DNA from: an uncultured Candidatus Saccharibacteria bacterium
GTDB lineage: Bacteria; Patescibacteriota; Minisyncoccia; Phycocordibacterales; UBA9973
Length of the DNA: 64,000 bases
Assembly (NCBI GenBank): GCA_964496425.1
Contig: CAZBZO010000003.1
Coordinates: 55,728 to 119,727, forward strand
Direction: 5' to 3'
The first letter of the stretch is position 1, and the number at the start of each line of letters is the position of its first letter. This document shows, piece by piece, positions 47,131-57,268 of the stretch. Position numbers and translations under genes: made by a program. A model generated the notes under the pieces. That model made no database searches, had not been told where the DNA came from, and worked only from the letters and a program-made list of their open reading frames with translations.

Positions 47131-47544
47131 CTACAAATGTTTTTCTTTGAGCAAATCTCTGATTTCAATAAGAAGTTTTTCTTCCGTCGTTGGTGCGGGT
47201 GGAGTTTCTGGCGCTTTTTCTTTACGAAAGCGATTGACCTGTTTGATGATGAGATAAATTGCAAAGGCAACGATGATAAAATTTATAAGTGCGGTAATAA
47301 ACATGCCGTAATTCCAAGTGACAGCCTTGCTCGTTTCAGTCGCTGCTTTAAGAATGAGGAGTTTGTCAGAAAAATCGAGCCCGCCAGTGACAAGCGATAG
47401 AACAGGCATAATAATGTCGTTTACAAATGATGTCACCACGGAGCCAAACGCCGCACCGATAATGACACCGACTGCAAGGTCTACCATATTGCCTTTCATG
47501 GCAAACTCTTTAAATTCCTGAAGCGTAGAACTGTGTGTTTCCAT
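47131..47544 (-). CDS. mscL: Large-conductance mechanosensitive channel
   Basis: [41 protein letters not shown]. Confidence 0.96.
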   Translation of the reverse strand: METHSSTLQEFKEFAMKGNMVDLAVGVIIGAAFGSVVTSFVNDIIMPVLSLVTGGLDFSDKLLILKAATETSKAVTWNYGMFITALINFIIVAFAIYLIIKQVNRFRKEKAPETPPAPTTEEKLLIEIRDLLKEKHL

Positions 47545-47666
47545 ATAATACAATTATACGCGCCACATTATAAAAGCCAACCTGGTATCACATATTGGTT
47601 TGTCATTCGTTTATATTAGTGGACCGATTATTATTCGATTTAATTGCTAATTTTTAGCCTACTATC

Positions 47667-47834
47667 ATGCTTGGATGGAGTATTACATTTCTAATCGTTG
47701 CGCTTATCGCAGGAGTTTTGGGATTTACCTCGATTGTCGGTATTTCAATCGGAATCGCTAAGATTTTATTCTTCGTCTTTTTGGTTCTGTTCATTATCTC
47801 GCTGATTACCGGCCGCGGCACTACTGCTGCCTAA
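47667..47834 (+). CDS. DUF1328 (YtjA-like) small membrane protein
   Basis: Manual translation [55 protein letters not shown]. Confidence 0.88.
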   Translation: MLGWSITFLIVALIAGVLGFTSIVGISIGIAKILFFVFLVLFIISLITGRGTTAA

Positions 47835-47885
47835 CTCTCCCTACACAACGAACATTAAAAAATCGAGACTGATAGTCGCGATTTT

Positions 47886-48593
47886 TTAATGTTCGTATAT
47901 GAAATGACCATCACCGTTTTGATCCGGCAATTCGCCCCGACGGAAACTATTGACCAGGTTGTGCGCCAGACGTGTGACGTCTGGCAAACGATATTTGTGC
48001 GAAGTGGCAAGTGCAATATCAGCGGCATCAGCAATCGTTGCGCGATGTCCGGGAGAAACAAAGATGGGTTTTACTTTATCTTTCGTCCGAAGCACCACGC
48101 CGAGCCTTTCATTATTTTTGGGATCTTTAAGGTATGAAAAATCACCCTTCACCATACCCGGCTCCTCATAGCTGCCATAGAGAATACTTTTTGCAAAACC
48201 GATCGTCGGTATATCGATCGCAAGACCGAAATGCGCCGCAATCCCAAGCCGTCGTGGATGAGCAATACCATGTCCGTCGACAACAACCACATCCGGTCGA
48301 TGTGTTATTTTTTCCCAGACAAGAAGCAACGGCGGGATCTCGCGAAATGAGAGAAGCCCCGGAATGTATGGAAAATCCACTTCGATCTTTACGAGTGCAT
48401 GTTCGATCGGCAAAAGATCAGGATACGAAAGTACGATTATCCCGGCATAGACATCTTTTTCATATTTATTAAATGACACATCAGCTCCCGCAATACGAGT
48501 GATGGGCCGCGCAATTGGTTCTTGTCTGAGCTCTTCGCGTATCTTTTTTTGTATTTCTATGGCCTCACGTGGCGTAGCGTTCCAGGTATGCAT
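47886..48593 (-). CDS. nfi: Endonuclease V
   Basis: GADVS, PYIPGLLSFRE, DGHGIAHPRRLGIAAH, PIFVSPGH, YRLP..TR.AH. Confidence 0.94.
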   Translation of the reverse strand: MHTWNATPREAIEIQKKIREELRQEPIARPITRIAGADVSFNKYEKDVYAGIIVLSYPDLLPIEHALVKIEVDFPYIPGLLSFREIPPLLLVWEKITHRPDVVVVDGHGIAHPRRLGIAAHFGLAIDIPTIGFAKSILYGSYEEPGMVKGDFSYLKDPKNNERLGVVLRTKDKVKPIFVSPGHRATIADAADIALATSHKYRLPDVTRLAHNLVNSFRRGELPDQNGDGHFIYEH

Positions 48594-48752
48594 ACTCTTA
48601 GTATACCCGGGTTCACTTTAAGAAAAATAAATAACCACGAAAAGCCTGTATTGCCAAGAATCACAAGATACAAGTCCATACGTCTTAAACACTAGACCAC
48701 TACGCTCTATGGCGTATAATGGAAATATTATTAATTAAGATATAATAAATAT

Positions 48753-48941
48753 ATGCTTAAATGGAGTTTTATTTTTCTCGTTATCGCGCTTATCGCTGGA
48801 CTTCTCGGATTTACTACAATAGCAGGTACATCGATTGCTATTGCCAAGATACTCTTCTTTGTTTTCCTTATCGTCTTTATCGTTATGCTTGTGCTCGGTA
48901 GTGCAGCAGTCAAAGGAATCAAAAATACTATTCAGAAATAG
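48753..48941 (+). CDS. DUF1328 small membrane protein, second copy
   Basis: [23 protein letters not shown]....IAKILFF. Confidence 0.88.
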   Translation: MLKWSFIFLVIALIAGLLGFTTIAGTSIAIAKILFFVFLIVFIVMLVLGSAAVKGIKNTIQK

Positions 48942-48947
48942 TTTCTT

Positions 48948-48987
48948 AAAATAAAAAACAACCACTATTGTGGTTGTTTTTTATTTT
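48948..48987. terminator. Bidirectional terminator
   Basis: AAAATAAAAAACAACCAC-TATT-GTGGTTGTTTTTTATTTT between convergent genes. Confidence 0.8.
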
Positions 48988-48999
48988 GTTTTCAATTCT

Positions 49000-49839
49000 T
49001 TAGATAACATAGATATCCTGATTGTACTCGCCGACCCCTATATGAGTCGCCTCACCTCGAAGTATTTTTTCAAATGGCGTGCACGAAAAACAACCCCCTT
49101 CCCCTCTCGGGCACGCAAATTCTTTTTTGGCGCGCGCGTTTTTGACCTTGCGTGCGACTGCCAGGACTCGTTCTTTCGCTTCGACTAGATCAGGCACCGT
49201 CATCGTCTCCGGCATATCGGAGCGATCCAAGTACCAATACGAAACTCCAGATACTTTTCGCTTTTGGAGAGCGTTCAAAAGGAGTGCATAGATCGGCAAC
49301 TGAAGTGAACCCTCTTTTTCATCATGCTTGCCGGTTTTAAAATCAAGGACATGGATCGAATCATCTGCCGGCACGTACGAGAGCCAGTCGATTTTGCCAC
49401 AGAGTATTATATTGTCGTCGTCCGAAAGGAAAAAATTCGGCGGCATACCATTGTGTCCCTCTGGAAGTTTTACAACTTTTTCGCGAAGCATACCAGGATG
49501 AGCCGCGACGCGCTCGATCATTTCCCGTCCACGCGCTTTACTCGCTGCTTCCTCTTCTTCACTTTTAAATCCACCCTTGAGGCCAGTAAATTTTTTCCAC
49601 GCTACTTCGAAGTCAGTCAGCAGATCGTGATCAAATCGCTCTTCGGCTTTAAAGCGCGCCAAACCTTCAACGACTTCATGCACCGCGGAGCCAAGCGAAA
49701 GTGCCGGACTCGCGAGTGTCATCTTGCGATTGGTCTTTGGATCTTTGTAGACATTGTGCAGATAATACGCCCGCGGGCAAGAAAGATAGTCCCCCATAGA
49801 CGAATGTGACACCCACACTGCACTGTATTTGTCTTGCAT
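49000..49839 (-). CDS. PD-(D/E)XK nuclease (AddB/Cas4-like, four Cys)
   Basis: SHSS...Y..CPR, G...H, GKID, DFKTG, QL.IY, C...C..C. Confidence 0.85.
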   Translation of the reverse strand: MQDKYSAVWVSHSSMGDYLSCPRAYYLHNVYKDPKTNRKMTLASPALSLGSAVHEVVEGLARFKAEERFDHDLLTDFEVAWKKFTGLKGGFKSEEEEAASKARGREMIERVAAHPGMLREKVVKLPEGHNGMPPNFFLSDDDNIILCGKIDWLSYVPADDSIHVLDFKTGKHDEKEGSLQLPIYALLLNALQKRKVSGVSYWYLDRSDMPETMTVPDLVEAKERVLAVARKVKNARAKKEFACPRGEGGCFSCTPFEKILRGEATHIGVGEYNQDIYVI

Positions 49840-49896
49840 GTATTGATTATATAGCGAAAAGAAATGAGAGGAAAGAATATGCTACAATCACGCCAT

Positions 49897-50643
49897 ATGA
49901 CTAAGCCAAAGGCCAAATTTATTGAGTCTCTCCACCTAAAAAAAGCACGGAAGGAAAAAGGATTGTTTTTGGTTGAGGGCGGGAAAAGCATCCTCGAGCT
50001 TGCACGATCTTCGTTTGAAATTCTCGAACTTTACACTACGAAAGAATTTTATACGGAGCACCTCGATATTCTCTCAAAATATAAAAAAATCTTGGAAATC
50101 GTTGAATCTGGTGAACTTCAGAAAATAACGACACTTGAACACAACGACACCAGCATTGCTATCGTCAAACAAAAAGAAAATATTGCATTTGAAATCAAAG
50201 ACAATGATATTATTATCGCCCTCGATGATATTCGCGACCCGGGCAACCTTGGCACCATCATCCGCACGGCTGATTGGTATGGAGTAAGTAAGATAGTCTG
50301 CTCGAAGGAAACGGCAGAATTTTATAATCCGAAAGTTATCGCCGCTTCGATGGGATCTTTTACTCGCGTCGCTGTCTACTACACCGATCTTGCGACATTT
50401 TTCCAAAAAAATAAAACACCAGTGATCGGTGCAGTTTTAAAGGGTACTTCGGCTCATAGCTTTGATTTTCCTACATCCGGAATTCTACTTCTCGGCAATG
50501 AATCAAACGGTATTCATGGATCCCTTCTCCCGCTCATCACACACCCAGTCACAATACCAGCATACGGAAGCGCAGAGTCGCTCAATGTCGCTCTAGCAAC
50601 AGGCATACTCTTGGATAATTGGAAGCGATCAGAGAAGGCCTAG
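49897..50643 (+). CDS. TrmH/SpoU-family RNA methyltransferase
   Basis: FLVEG, DPGNLGTIIRTA, GNESNG, ESLNVA. Confidence 0.92.
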   Translation: MTKPKAKFIESLHLKKARKEKGLFLVEGGKSILELARSSFEILELYTTKEFYTEHLDILSKYKKILEIVESGELQKITTLEHNDTSIAIVKQKENIAFEIKDNDIIIALDDIRDPGNLGTIIRTADWYGVSKIVCSKETAEFYNPKVIAASMGSFTRVAVYYTDLATFFQKNKTPVIGAVLKGTSAHSFDFPTSGILLLGNESNGIHGSLLPLITHPVTIPAYGSAESLNVALATGILLDNWKRSEKA

Positions 50644-50645
50644 TT

Positions 50646-52850
50646 TTATTTTTCAATCGCAAAGCGAGCAAGCAAGTAGGACAGCGTAGATTCAGCACCT
50701 TGATTGAGATTGATTTCTTTTTCCAAAATCCCGTCATAGCACCCACCGTCTGGCGTACACATCGTCTGATGGTGAACATTGTTGCCCAAAAACCAATCAA
50801 AGGCAAGGTCTATTTTTTGCTCGTACTTTTCTTCATGTGATATCTGATACATTGCACCGAGCACGCACACCAGTGCCGCTACTTCTTCTGGCTGTTGATC
50901 AAAAATATGTTTTGTTCCTCCCCGCTTAAGCCAGCCTGCTTGTCCCACCGGTGCACACAAATCGCCGTCAAAACTTTTTGTTACTAAAAAATCAAGTGTG
51001 GCTTGCGCGACATCAAAATATCGCTGTTTCCCTGTTGCGACAAAAGCGACAAGCAATGCTTCAGGCAATACGCCATTGGAGTAAGAGAGCACTTCTTCAA
51101 ACCATTGCCATTCGTCACTTGCAACATGCTCGTAGTGAGCAATCAATACCCGCGCGTACTCTTCAAGGATTGTGCGCACTCCATCATCATTGTGCTCCGT
51201 AAGCCATGTACCGAGCGCCTTGATATAAAAGGCAATCGCTCTCGGCGAATGGAGCGTCTCTTTCAAATGAGACCTCAGAGAAAATATTTCTTTCGCTTGG
51301 TCTTTTTCTGCTTGACCGATCGAGGAAGTGGCTGCCACCGAGAGAGCATAGAGTGCGCGAGCATTGGCATCATCAAGGTTTTCATTTTGATTGCGCTCAA
51401 CATCCGGCAGACCTTCTTTTGTAAAATAATTTATAAATCCTCCACTTGATTTCATGGAGCGCTCCATAAAATCCAAATATATTTTGATGAGGGGAAGTAT
51501 TGTTGTGTCGCCGCTCGTATCCCAATATCTGATTGCAACAATAAGTGCGCGGGCATTGTCGTCGAGCGTGTATCCCCACTCTGGATCTGGCTCGTCGAGT
51601 ACAGCAAATTGAAACATCCCAAACGAATCCGTGAGCCTGCGGAAATGAACAAGAGAAATTGGTGGCACATTTTTTTCTTTCCGTGCAATCTGTGGCGACA
51701 GCTCACGAAAGACCCTCATATGCGAAAGCGCCACATTTTGCCAGGCCATACTACGAGTGCGAAAATATGCTGCTCGGCCCATACTCAACAGAAGACTCGG
51801 ATCGCTCAAAAGCGCACAGACTTCTTTTTCTATGCCTTCAGATTCACCAAAAGAGATGAGCCGCCCAATCTCTGGCGTCACTACTTCCCGAGCTTGCGTA
51901 AACGGTGTTGAAATCACCGGCCGTCCGGCGCCGAGCGCATAGGTGAGCGTACCGGAAACCGCTTGATCGGGGTCTTGTACGAGTGACAAATAAATATCAG
52001 TTGCTTGGAGAAAATCGAGCAATTTCGGCACATTAAAATATTCATTATAAAAAATAACGTTCTTTTCAAGTCCGAGTCTCCGTACAGTTTCTTCTAAAAA
52101 TTCACGGTAGCGCTCTCCTTCGTGACTTAAGATCACAGGATGCGTCGCGCCGATCACGAGATAGACAGTATCAGGATATATCTGGACAATTTTCTGTAGT
52201 GCCGCAATCCCGTACTCAATGCCTTTGCCACGGCTCAACAAGCCAAATGTTGAAAGAACATGTTTACCCGTAAGTCCAAGATGCGCTTTGGCATCCGTCG
52301 TATCACGATACGGTGCAAAATGAAGTCCGTGCGGGATGATGCGAACCTTTTCCTCCAAAACACCGTACACCTCGTGCAAGATTTTTTTTGATGCTTCTGT
52401 CATGACAATGAGTCGGTCGGCCCGCGCTACGAGCGCTTCCATGAGTGCTTTCATTTCGTCTCCCGGATGCGGGAGTACCGTATGAAGCGTGATCACGACT
52501 GGTTTATTAAGTCCCTGTAAAAACGTCAGAATATTTTTCCCATAGTCATCGCCGAAAATTCCAAATTCGTGTTCAATAAGGACGAGCGACACATCCCGCA
52601 TGGCGTTTATTTTATCTCTCGTCTCTATATAGTCGCTTTGATTATTCTCAGAAATCTTCATTACCACTTTTTTGCCGTAAGAAAGGTGCGCCAAGATATC
52701 GCTTTCAAGCGCAACAACACCGGTGGTAACTCCATCCGAATACACCCGGTCAAAATTTTCGACTAGATCAGAACTATAAGTGGCAATACCACATTCTCGC
52801 GGCGGATATGTCGAAATAACAACAATTGTATTTTTTTTGTCTTTTGGCAT
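50646..52850 (-). CDS. GT4 glycosyltransferase fused to C-terminal alpha/alpha-barrel-like domain
   Basis: TYPPRECGIAT, HEFGIFG, KGIEY, QAVSGTL.YA; C-domain GY.LDDNARAL, FDQQP.E, N.NQGAEST. Confidence 0.85.
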   Translation of the reverse strand: MPKDKKNTIVVISTYPPRECGIATYSSDLVENFDRVYSDGVTTGVVALESDILAHLSYGKKVVMKISENNQSDYIETRDKINAMRDVSLVLIEHEFGIFGDDYGKNILTFLQGLNKPVVITLHTVLPHPGDEMKALMEALVARADRLIVMTEASKKILHEVYGVLEEKVRIIPHGLHFAPYRDTTDAKAHLGLTGKHVLSTFGLLSRGKGIEYGIAALQKIVQIYPDTVYLVIGATHPVILSHEGERYREFLEETVRRLGLEKNVIFYNEYFNVPKLLDFLQATDIYLSLVQDPDQAVSGTLTYALGAGRPVISTPFTQAREVVTPEIGRLISFGESEGIEKEVCALLSDPSLLLSMGRAAYFRTRSMAWQNVALSHMRVFRELSPQIARKEKNVPPISLVHFRRLTDSFGMFQFAVLDEPDPEWGYTLDDNARALIVAIRYWDTSGDTTILPLIKIYLDFMERSMKSSGGFINYFTKEGLPDVERNQNENLDDANARALYALSVAATSSIGQAEKDQAKEIFSLRSHLKETLHSPRAIAFYIKALGTWLTEHNDDGVRTILEEYARVLIAHYEHVASDEWQWFEEVLSYSNGVLPEALLVAFVATGKQRYFDVAQATLDFLVTKSFDGDLCAPVGQAGWLKRGGTKHIFDQQPEEVAALVCVLGAMYQISHEEKYEQKIDLAFDWFLGNNVHHQTMCTPDGGCYDGILEKEINLNQGAESTLSYLLARFAIEK

Positions 52851-52851
52851 A

Positions 52852-53889
52852 TCATTTCTTCGAAGGAGAAGAATTTTTAAGTTCAGTAAGAAGCTCTGAA
52901 AGAGACCCTGTCGCAAGTCCGATGTATCGGTCGGAGGCACCGTAGTAAATGAAAAGCGTATCGCCATCGATATACCCGCCCGATGGAAAGACCACACCGG
53001 AAACGGTGTCCCACACGCTTTCGCGCTCATACCATTCTTCCGGTTCCAAAATATTATACGAGAGCTTACCAATACACACACGAGGATCCTCAAGCTTAAG
53101 GAGTGCTGCGCGGGCAGCATAAACAACCTTACCACCTTCACCACGTTCCACGTGATGATAAATCACCAGCCAGCCTTCAGGAGTTTCCAAGGGCGGCAGG
53201 CCTGGACCGATACGTGCATCAGCTTCGTGTGTCGGCCAAATAAGGGAATACTGATCCGACCAATTTTTTAAATCTGTAGAAAATGAAATCCAAATCGCCG
53301 GTAAGTTTGGCAAATGAAGCGGAAAATGTGACACAACATCTTCCTTTTTTTCCGCAAGCATGCGCTCCTGCCAACTTCTGGTCCAGTGATAGGGGCGATG
53401 AAGCATGGCATAGCGGCCGCCGATTTTTTTCGGGAAAAGTACCAAGTCTTTATTGTCTGAGCCTTCAGGAGATATAATGCCAAGATTTTCGTATGTTATA
53501 AAATCGCGAGTTTTTAAAAGTGCGATCGATGTCACGATCGGAGTCGGAGATGGAGCGCCGTCATACATAACACGAGACGGTACCGCTACGTAGGTAACAT
53601 AAAATTCTCCATCGATCGCCACCACGCGCGGATCTTCAGTCGCCCACGCATCAAAGGTTTGGTGCGGACCAAACACAGGCACTGACGACGCACGTTCAAA
53701 CGAAATACCATCCGTACTTTTGGCCAAACCAAAATGTGATGTATAGGAGTGCCGCTCGCCAACGGCTCGATAGAGCATCACGATACCACTATCAGTTTTG
53801 ACAATGCCAGGATTGAATACGCCCGCCTCTTCCCATGGAAGAGTCGGGGTAAGTATTGGGTTTGAAGAATGACGGGTCAGCTTATACAT
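52852..53889 (-). CDS. GH130-family beta-mannoside phosphorylase/glycosidase
   Basis: NPIL, FNPG, EDPR, NKD..LFP.KI.G.Y..LHRP, VVFP.G, YYGASD. Confidence 0.88.
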   Translation of the reverse strand: MYKLTRHSSNPILTPTLPWEEAGVFNPGIVKTDSGIVMLYRAVGERHSYTSHFGLAKSTDGISFERASSVPVFGPHQTFDAWATEDPRVVAIDGEFYVTYVAVPSRVMYDGAPSPTPIVTSIALLKTRDFITYENLGIISPEGSDNKDLVLFPKKIGGRYAMLHRPYHWTRSWQERMLAEKKEDVVSHFPLHLPNLPAIWISFSTDLKNWSDQYSLIWPTHEADARIGPGLPPLETPEGWLVIYHHVERGEGGKVVYAARAALLKLEDPRVCIGKLSYNILEPEEWYERESVWDTVSGVVFPSGGYIDGDTLFIYYGASDRYIGLATGSLSELLTELKNSSPSKK

Positions 53890-53891
53890 AA

Positions 53892-54242
53892 TTAGATTCG
53901 CCCATATTTATCTTCGAGCCTCGTAATGTCTTCTTCGCGAAAATTCCCAAATGCGATTTCAAGTATCTCTACATCGTCTTTCGGCGCGGCGATCTGGTGT
54001 ATTGCTTTCACTGGAACTGTAAACTCATCACCTGGTTTGGCTTCTACTATAGTGTCCCCAATCCTGATAGTCGGATGGCCGGAGATGACATGCCAAAATT
54101 CGCTCCGTTCATTGTGATATTGAAGGCTCAAGCTAGCACCAGCATGTACGGAAATAACCTTTACTGTAGAAGGATCATTTAGCGTAAAACGCCGAAAACG
54201 CCCCCAAGGGCGTTCTTCTTCATAGGATGAAATTGATGACAT
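53892..54242 (-). CDS. Cupin mannose-6-phosphate isomerase (type II C-terminal domain)
   Basis: RPWG.F, LSLQYH..RSEFW, EEDI.RLED.YGR. Confidence 0.88.
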   Translation of the reverse strand: MSSISSYEEERPWGRFRRFTLNDPSTVKVISVHAGASLSLQYHNERSEFWHVISGHPTIRIGDTIVEAKPGDEFTVPVKAIHQIAAPKDDVEILEIAFGNFREEDITRLEDKYGRI

Positions 54243-54293
54243 ACATTGATTATGCCACTCTTTACCCCCTATCGGCAAGTAAATTAAGCTTTA

Positions 54294-54683
54294 TTAGTTG
54301 GCAGCTTTCGGGATAGATTGTATGCTACTGCTAAAACTAACCGGATCATTATTAACGCTTATGATAGGAGTACAGGTGTCCATGTTGCCGCAATTCCCGA
54401 CGCTCCCTGTCCCGCACCAAAACTGCGTACCACCCGCTGCTCCGCTACAAATAGCGCCACAGCCGCCATTATCATTTTCCCACCACATACAACTAATCTC
54501 TTGCATCGGGTCACCAGCATGCCCATCAATCACAACCGTAGGAGCAGTGTTGACGACGCGTGCCGTACCACCGAGGGAGTCACCGTGGCCAGCTGTGTAG
54601 GCAAAATAGCCAACACCAACAATAATCGCAACGAGAAGAAACATACGAACCGCACTATACTCAGGATTTTTTAAAAAATTCAT
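54294..54683 (-). CDS. Membrane-anchored small Cys-rich protein
   Basis: TM then six-Cys Gly-rich mini-domain. Confidence 0.65.
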   Translation of the reverse strand: MNFLKNPEYSAVRMFLLVAIIVGVGYFAYTAGHGDSLGGTARVVNTAPTVVIDGHAGDPMQEISCMWWENDNGGCGAICSGAAGGTQFWCGTGSVGNCGNMDTCTPIISVNNDPVSFSSSIQSIPKAAN

Positions 54684-54749
54684 GTGTGTAAGCTCTGAGA
54701 GCTAAAATTATTTATACTAATTCGACAATAAAAAAAATTATACTACAAT

Positions 54750-55097
54750 TTAATTACTCATACTTTTAATCTCCTCAGGTGTCACACTCGGTGGCAACAT
54801 ATTGTTTTTGATTTTTGAAATCACCAACTCGGCAACATATTGCGCCTCGGCTTCGGTCGCAAATCCTGTGTTGCCACCAACGGCAGGCTTGGTAGGCTGA
54901 TGCACGTAGATATTGCCGTCGATCAAAATGTCGTAGCCAAATGTTCCGTCAGAGTTGGTAAGGATGGTAGTCGTAACAACCGAATCAGCATACGGATTTA
55001 CTGTCTCTTCTTTTTTATTCTTATCCAAATACAACGCTCCGCCAACAATGACTGCAAGAAAGACTACAACAATAATAATTTTTTGAGTGGTGTTCAT
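54750..55097 (-). CDS. DUF4907-like membrane-anchored protein
   Basis: FGYDI......VHQP..PAV.G..GF.T..EA..VAELV..KI.....PPSVT.EE. Confidence 0.75.
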   Translation of the reverse strand: MNTTQKIIIVVVFLAVIVGGALYLDKNKKEETVNPYADSVVTTTILTNSDGTFGYDILIDGNIYVHQPTKPAVGGNTGFATEAEAQYVAELVISKIKNNMLPPSVTPEEIKSMSN

Positions 55098-55142
55098 GAT
55101 TTCAATTTGTAATTAGTAATTTTAAATTCTTAATTATCTATC

Positions 55143-57161
55143 TTACGGGCAGTATTCCCAGAAGTCTTTTGTCACCCCAAAAATAGTCGATCCTGTTCCC
55201 AAATATCCTTTTGAACCAATGGAAAAGCCGATGGCACGAAAACGCGCACTTCCCCCAAAATCTGCTTTCTGTGTCCAAATATTTGTGGCAGGATCATATT
55301 CCCAGAAATCTTTCGAAGGAGTAGTATAATTTATCACCCCTGTTCCAATATATCCTTTTGAACCAATAGAAAAAGAAGTTGCAAAATTCCTTTCTGTTCC
55401 CCCAAAATCAGCTTTCTGTGTCCAGATATTTAAAGTTGGATCATACTGCCAAAAGTCTTTTTTAAAACTATTACCATCGTGTCCAATAGCGATATATCCT
55501 TTCCCATCAATCGAAAGACCAGCGGCTGCAAAGCGCGCTGTACTGAAATCTGCCTTTTGTGTCCACGTATTCGCCATTGGATCATACTGCCAGAAATCTT
55601 TTAGATAGGAATTACTACTGCCGGTACCTTGATATCCCTTACTGCCAATCGAAAAACCGACGGCTCCCTGGCGCGCTGTACTGAAATCTGCCTTTTGTGT
55701 CCACGTATTCGCCATTGGATCATACTGCCAGAAATCACCTGAATTATTACCAAGTCCAATCGATCCTGTTCCCAAATATCCTTTTCCATTTAAAGAAAAT
55801 CCTGTCCCTGCAGTACGTGCACTCCCTCCAAAATCAGCTTTCTGTGTCCAGATATTTGTTGAGGGATCGTATTCCCAGAAGTCTTTAGAGAGAGCAGTGT
55901 CCCAACCCGTTCCAACATATCCTTTCCCATCAACCGAAAAACCGACGGCTGCTTCTCTTGCTGTCCCTCCAAAATCCGCCTTCTGCGTCCAAGTATTCGG
56001 TGTACATGCAAGCGGCGTCACCGTAATTGTCGTCTGCTTGGTGACATTCCCCGGCTGGGCAGTGATAGTAAATGTTTTTGTTTCTGTCAGAGTTCCAGTT
56101 GAAGCAGTACCCGTCGGTACAGTAACTGTTCCAATATTTTGATCAATTAATGCAGAGGTGCAGTTGGTTGTTGCCCATGACAGTGTGGATGAAGATCCGC
56201 TTGCAATCGTGGTTGGATTGGCGATGAAAGTTGAAATAGCACAAGGGGGTGGAGCTGTCACTGTAATGGTTTTGATGGCTGTGATGTTGCCTGGCTGTGC
56301 CGTAAGTTTGTAGGTCGTGGTTTGCGTCAGTGGACTCGTGAGTACGGTCCCAAGTGATACTGGAGTGACAGATCCAACGTTGTTGTCGATAGTTGTGCTA
56401 GTACAGTTGGTAGTGCTCCATTTCAGTGTTGATGTTTGTCCAGAGGTGACGGAGGCGGGCAATGCATTGAAGTAGTTGATTGCACATGGTGGAGGTGCAG
56501 TGACGGTGACAGTTTTGGTGGCCGTGGCAGAGTTGATGGCATTGCTTGCGGTGAGAGTGAAGGCGGTAGTGGTGGAGAGGATCGGAGTAGTGGTGGAGCC
56601 GATGCCGACAGGTGTGACTGGACCGATGCCGGAGATGGAAGCCGCAGTGCAATTGAATGTTTTCCAAGAGAGAGTAGATGTTTGGCCAGTGATGATGGAA
56701 GGTGGTGTGGCAGAAAAAGCTTGGATGACGCATTGGGGTCCGACGGTGACCGTGATGGTAGCGTTGACTACGTTGCCACCATTGGCGGTGAGGGTAAATG
56801 GTGTGGTGGTAGTAAGTGGACCGGTGGAAATTGTGCCGCCGTTGGGATTGACTGGACCGATACCGGAGATGGAAGCAGAGGTCAGACAACCGTGAGTACT
56901 CCAAGTGAGAGTGGATGCAGTGTTGGTGGCAATGACGGAAGGAGTGGCAAAGAAAGAAATGATTTCACAACCGGCAAAGGAGGGATGGGTTTCTTCTTCA
57001 GCTGGGGTGGAAGGGAGAGAGGTGGATTGTTTTTCAATGTTGAGGGCTCTTCCAGAAAAATCACCGCTACGGTCGCCAGAGAAGTAGTAGACCGTGCCAC
57101 CTAAGAGTGCAACAACTGCGAGGAATGCAATGACTTTCAGAGAGTTATATTGTTGATCCAT
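55143..57161 (-). CDS. Surface protein: four Ig-like repeats plus six-blade kelch propeller
   Basis: TM; 4x C.I..F.A.P..I..G..STL.W.T..C; 6x WTQKADF...R....FSI..KGY.GTG...KDFW.YDP. Confidence 0.85.
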   Translation of the reverse strand: MDQQYNSLKVIAFLAVVALLGGTVYYFSGDRSGDFSGRALNIEKQSTSLPSTPAEEETHPSFAGCEIISFFATPSVIATNTASTLTWSTHGCLTSASISGIGPVNPNGGTISTGPLTTTTPFTLTANGGNVVNATITVTVGPQCVIQAFSATPPSIITGQTSTLSWKTFNCTAASISGIGPVTPVGIGSTTTPILSTTTAFTLTASNAINSATATKTVTVTAPPPCAINYFNALPASVTSGQTSTLKWSTTNCTSTTIDNNVGSVTPVSLGTVLTSPLTQTTTYKLTAQPGNITAIKTITVTAPPPCAISTFIANPTTIASGSSSTLSWATTNCTSALIDQNIGTVTVPTGTASTGTLTETKTFTITAQPGNVTKQTTITVTPLACTPNTWTQKADFGGTAREAAVGFSVDGKGYVGTGWDTALSKDFWEYDPSTNIWTQKADFGGSARTAGTGFSLNGKGYLGTGSIGLGNNSGDFWQYDPMANTWTQKADFSTARQGAVGFSIGSKGYQGTGSSNSYLKDFWQYDPMANTWTQKADFSTARFAAAGLSIDGKGYIAIGHDGNSFKKDFWQYDPTLNIWTQKADFGGTERNFATSFSIGSKGYIGTGVINYTTPSKDFWEYDPATNIWTQKADFGGSARFRAIGFSIGSKGYLGTGSTIFGVTKDFWEYCP
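55533..55736. repeat. Exact 66-bp direct repeat in adjacent kelch blades
   Basis: 55533-55598 identical to 55671-55736 (period 138). Confidence 0.8.
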
Positions 57162-57268
57162 GGATATGTGATCTTTTGTGAGAAGTTAGGTTGATATGCA
57201 TATATAGTAGCCTGAGGAGGAAGTGAAACAAAGTGGGGTTATGCACAGAGCAAAAGATCGAGCTTTTC

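Noticed and set aside
49000-49839. Cas4-like nuclease suggesting CRISPR-Cas
   Set aside because: No cas1/cas2 or repeat-spacer array seen; solo PD-(D/E)XK genes are common.
52851-53144. 98-aa N-terminal extension of the glycosyltransferase overlapping GH130
   Set aside because: The ATG at 52850 lies 1 nt after the GH130 stop and matches the domain start; the extension is an ORF-caller artefact.
55143-56000. Regularly spaced DNA repeats resembling a CRISPR array
   Set aside because: Period ~140 bp, in-frame and degenerate at third positions; they are kelch blades.
56398-57104. Several long overlapping ORFs (His-rich, Gly-rich, Val-rich)
   Set aside because: Shadow frames caused by Thr/Ser-rich, C/A-biased codons of the Ig-repeat gene.
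57239-57247. DnaA-box match TTATGCACA (and near match at 40818)
   Set aside because: Isolated single boxes, no cluster or dnaA gene; not evidence for an origin.
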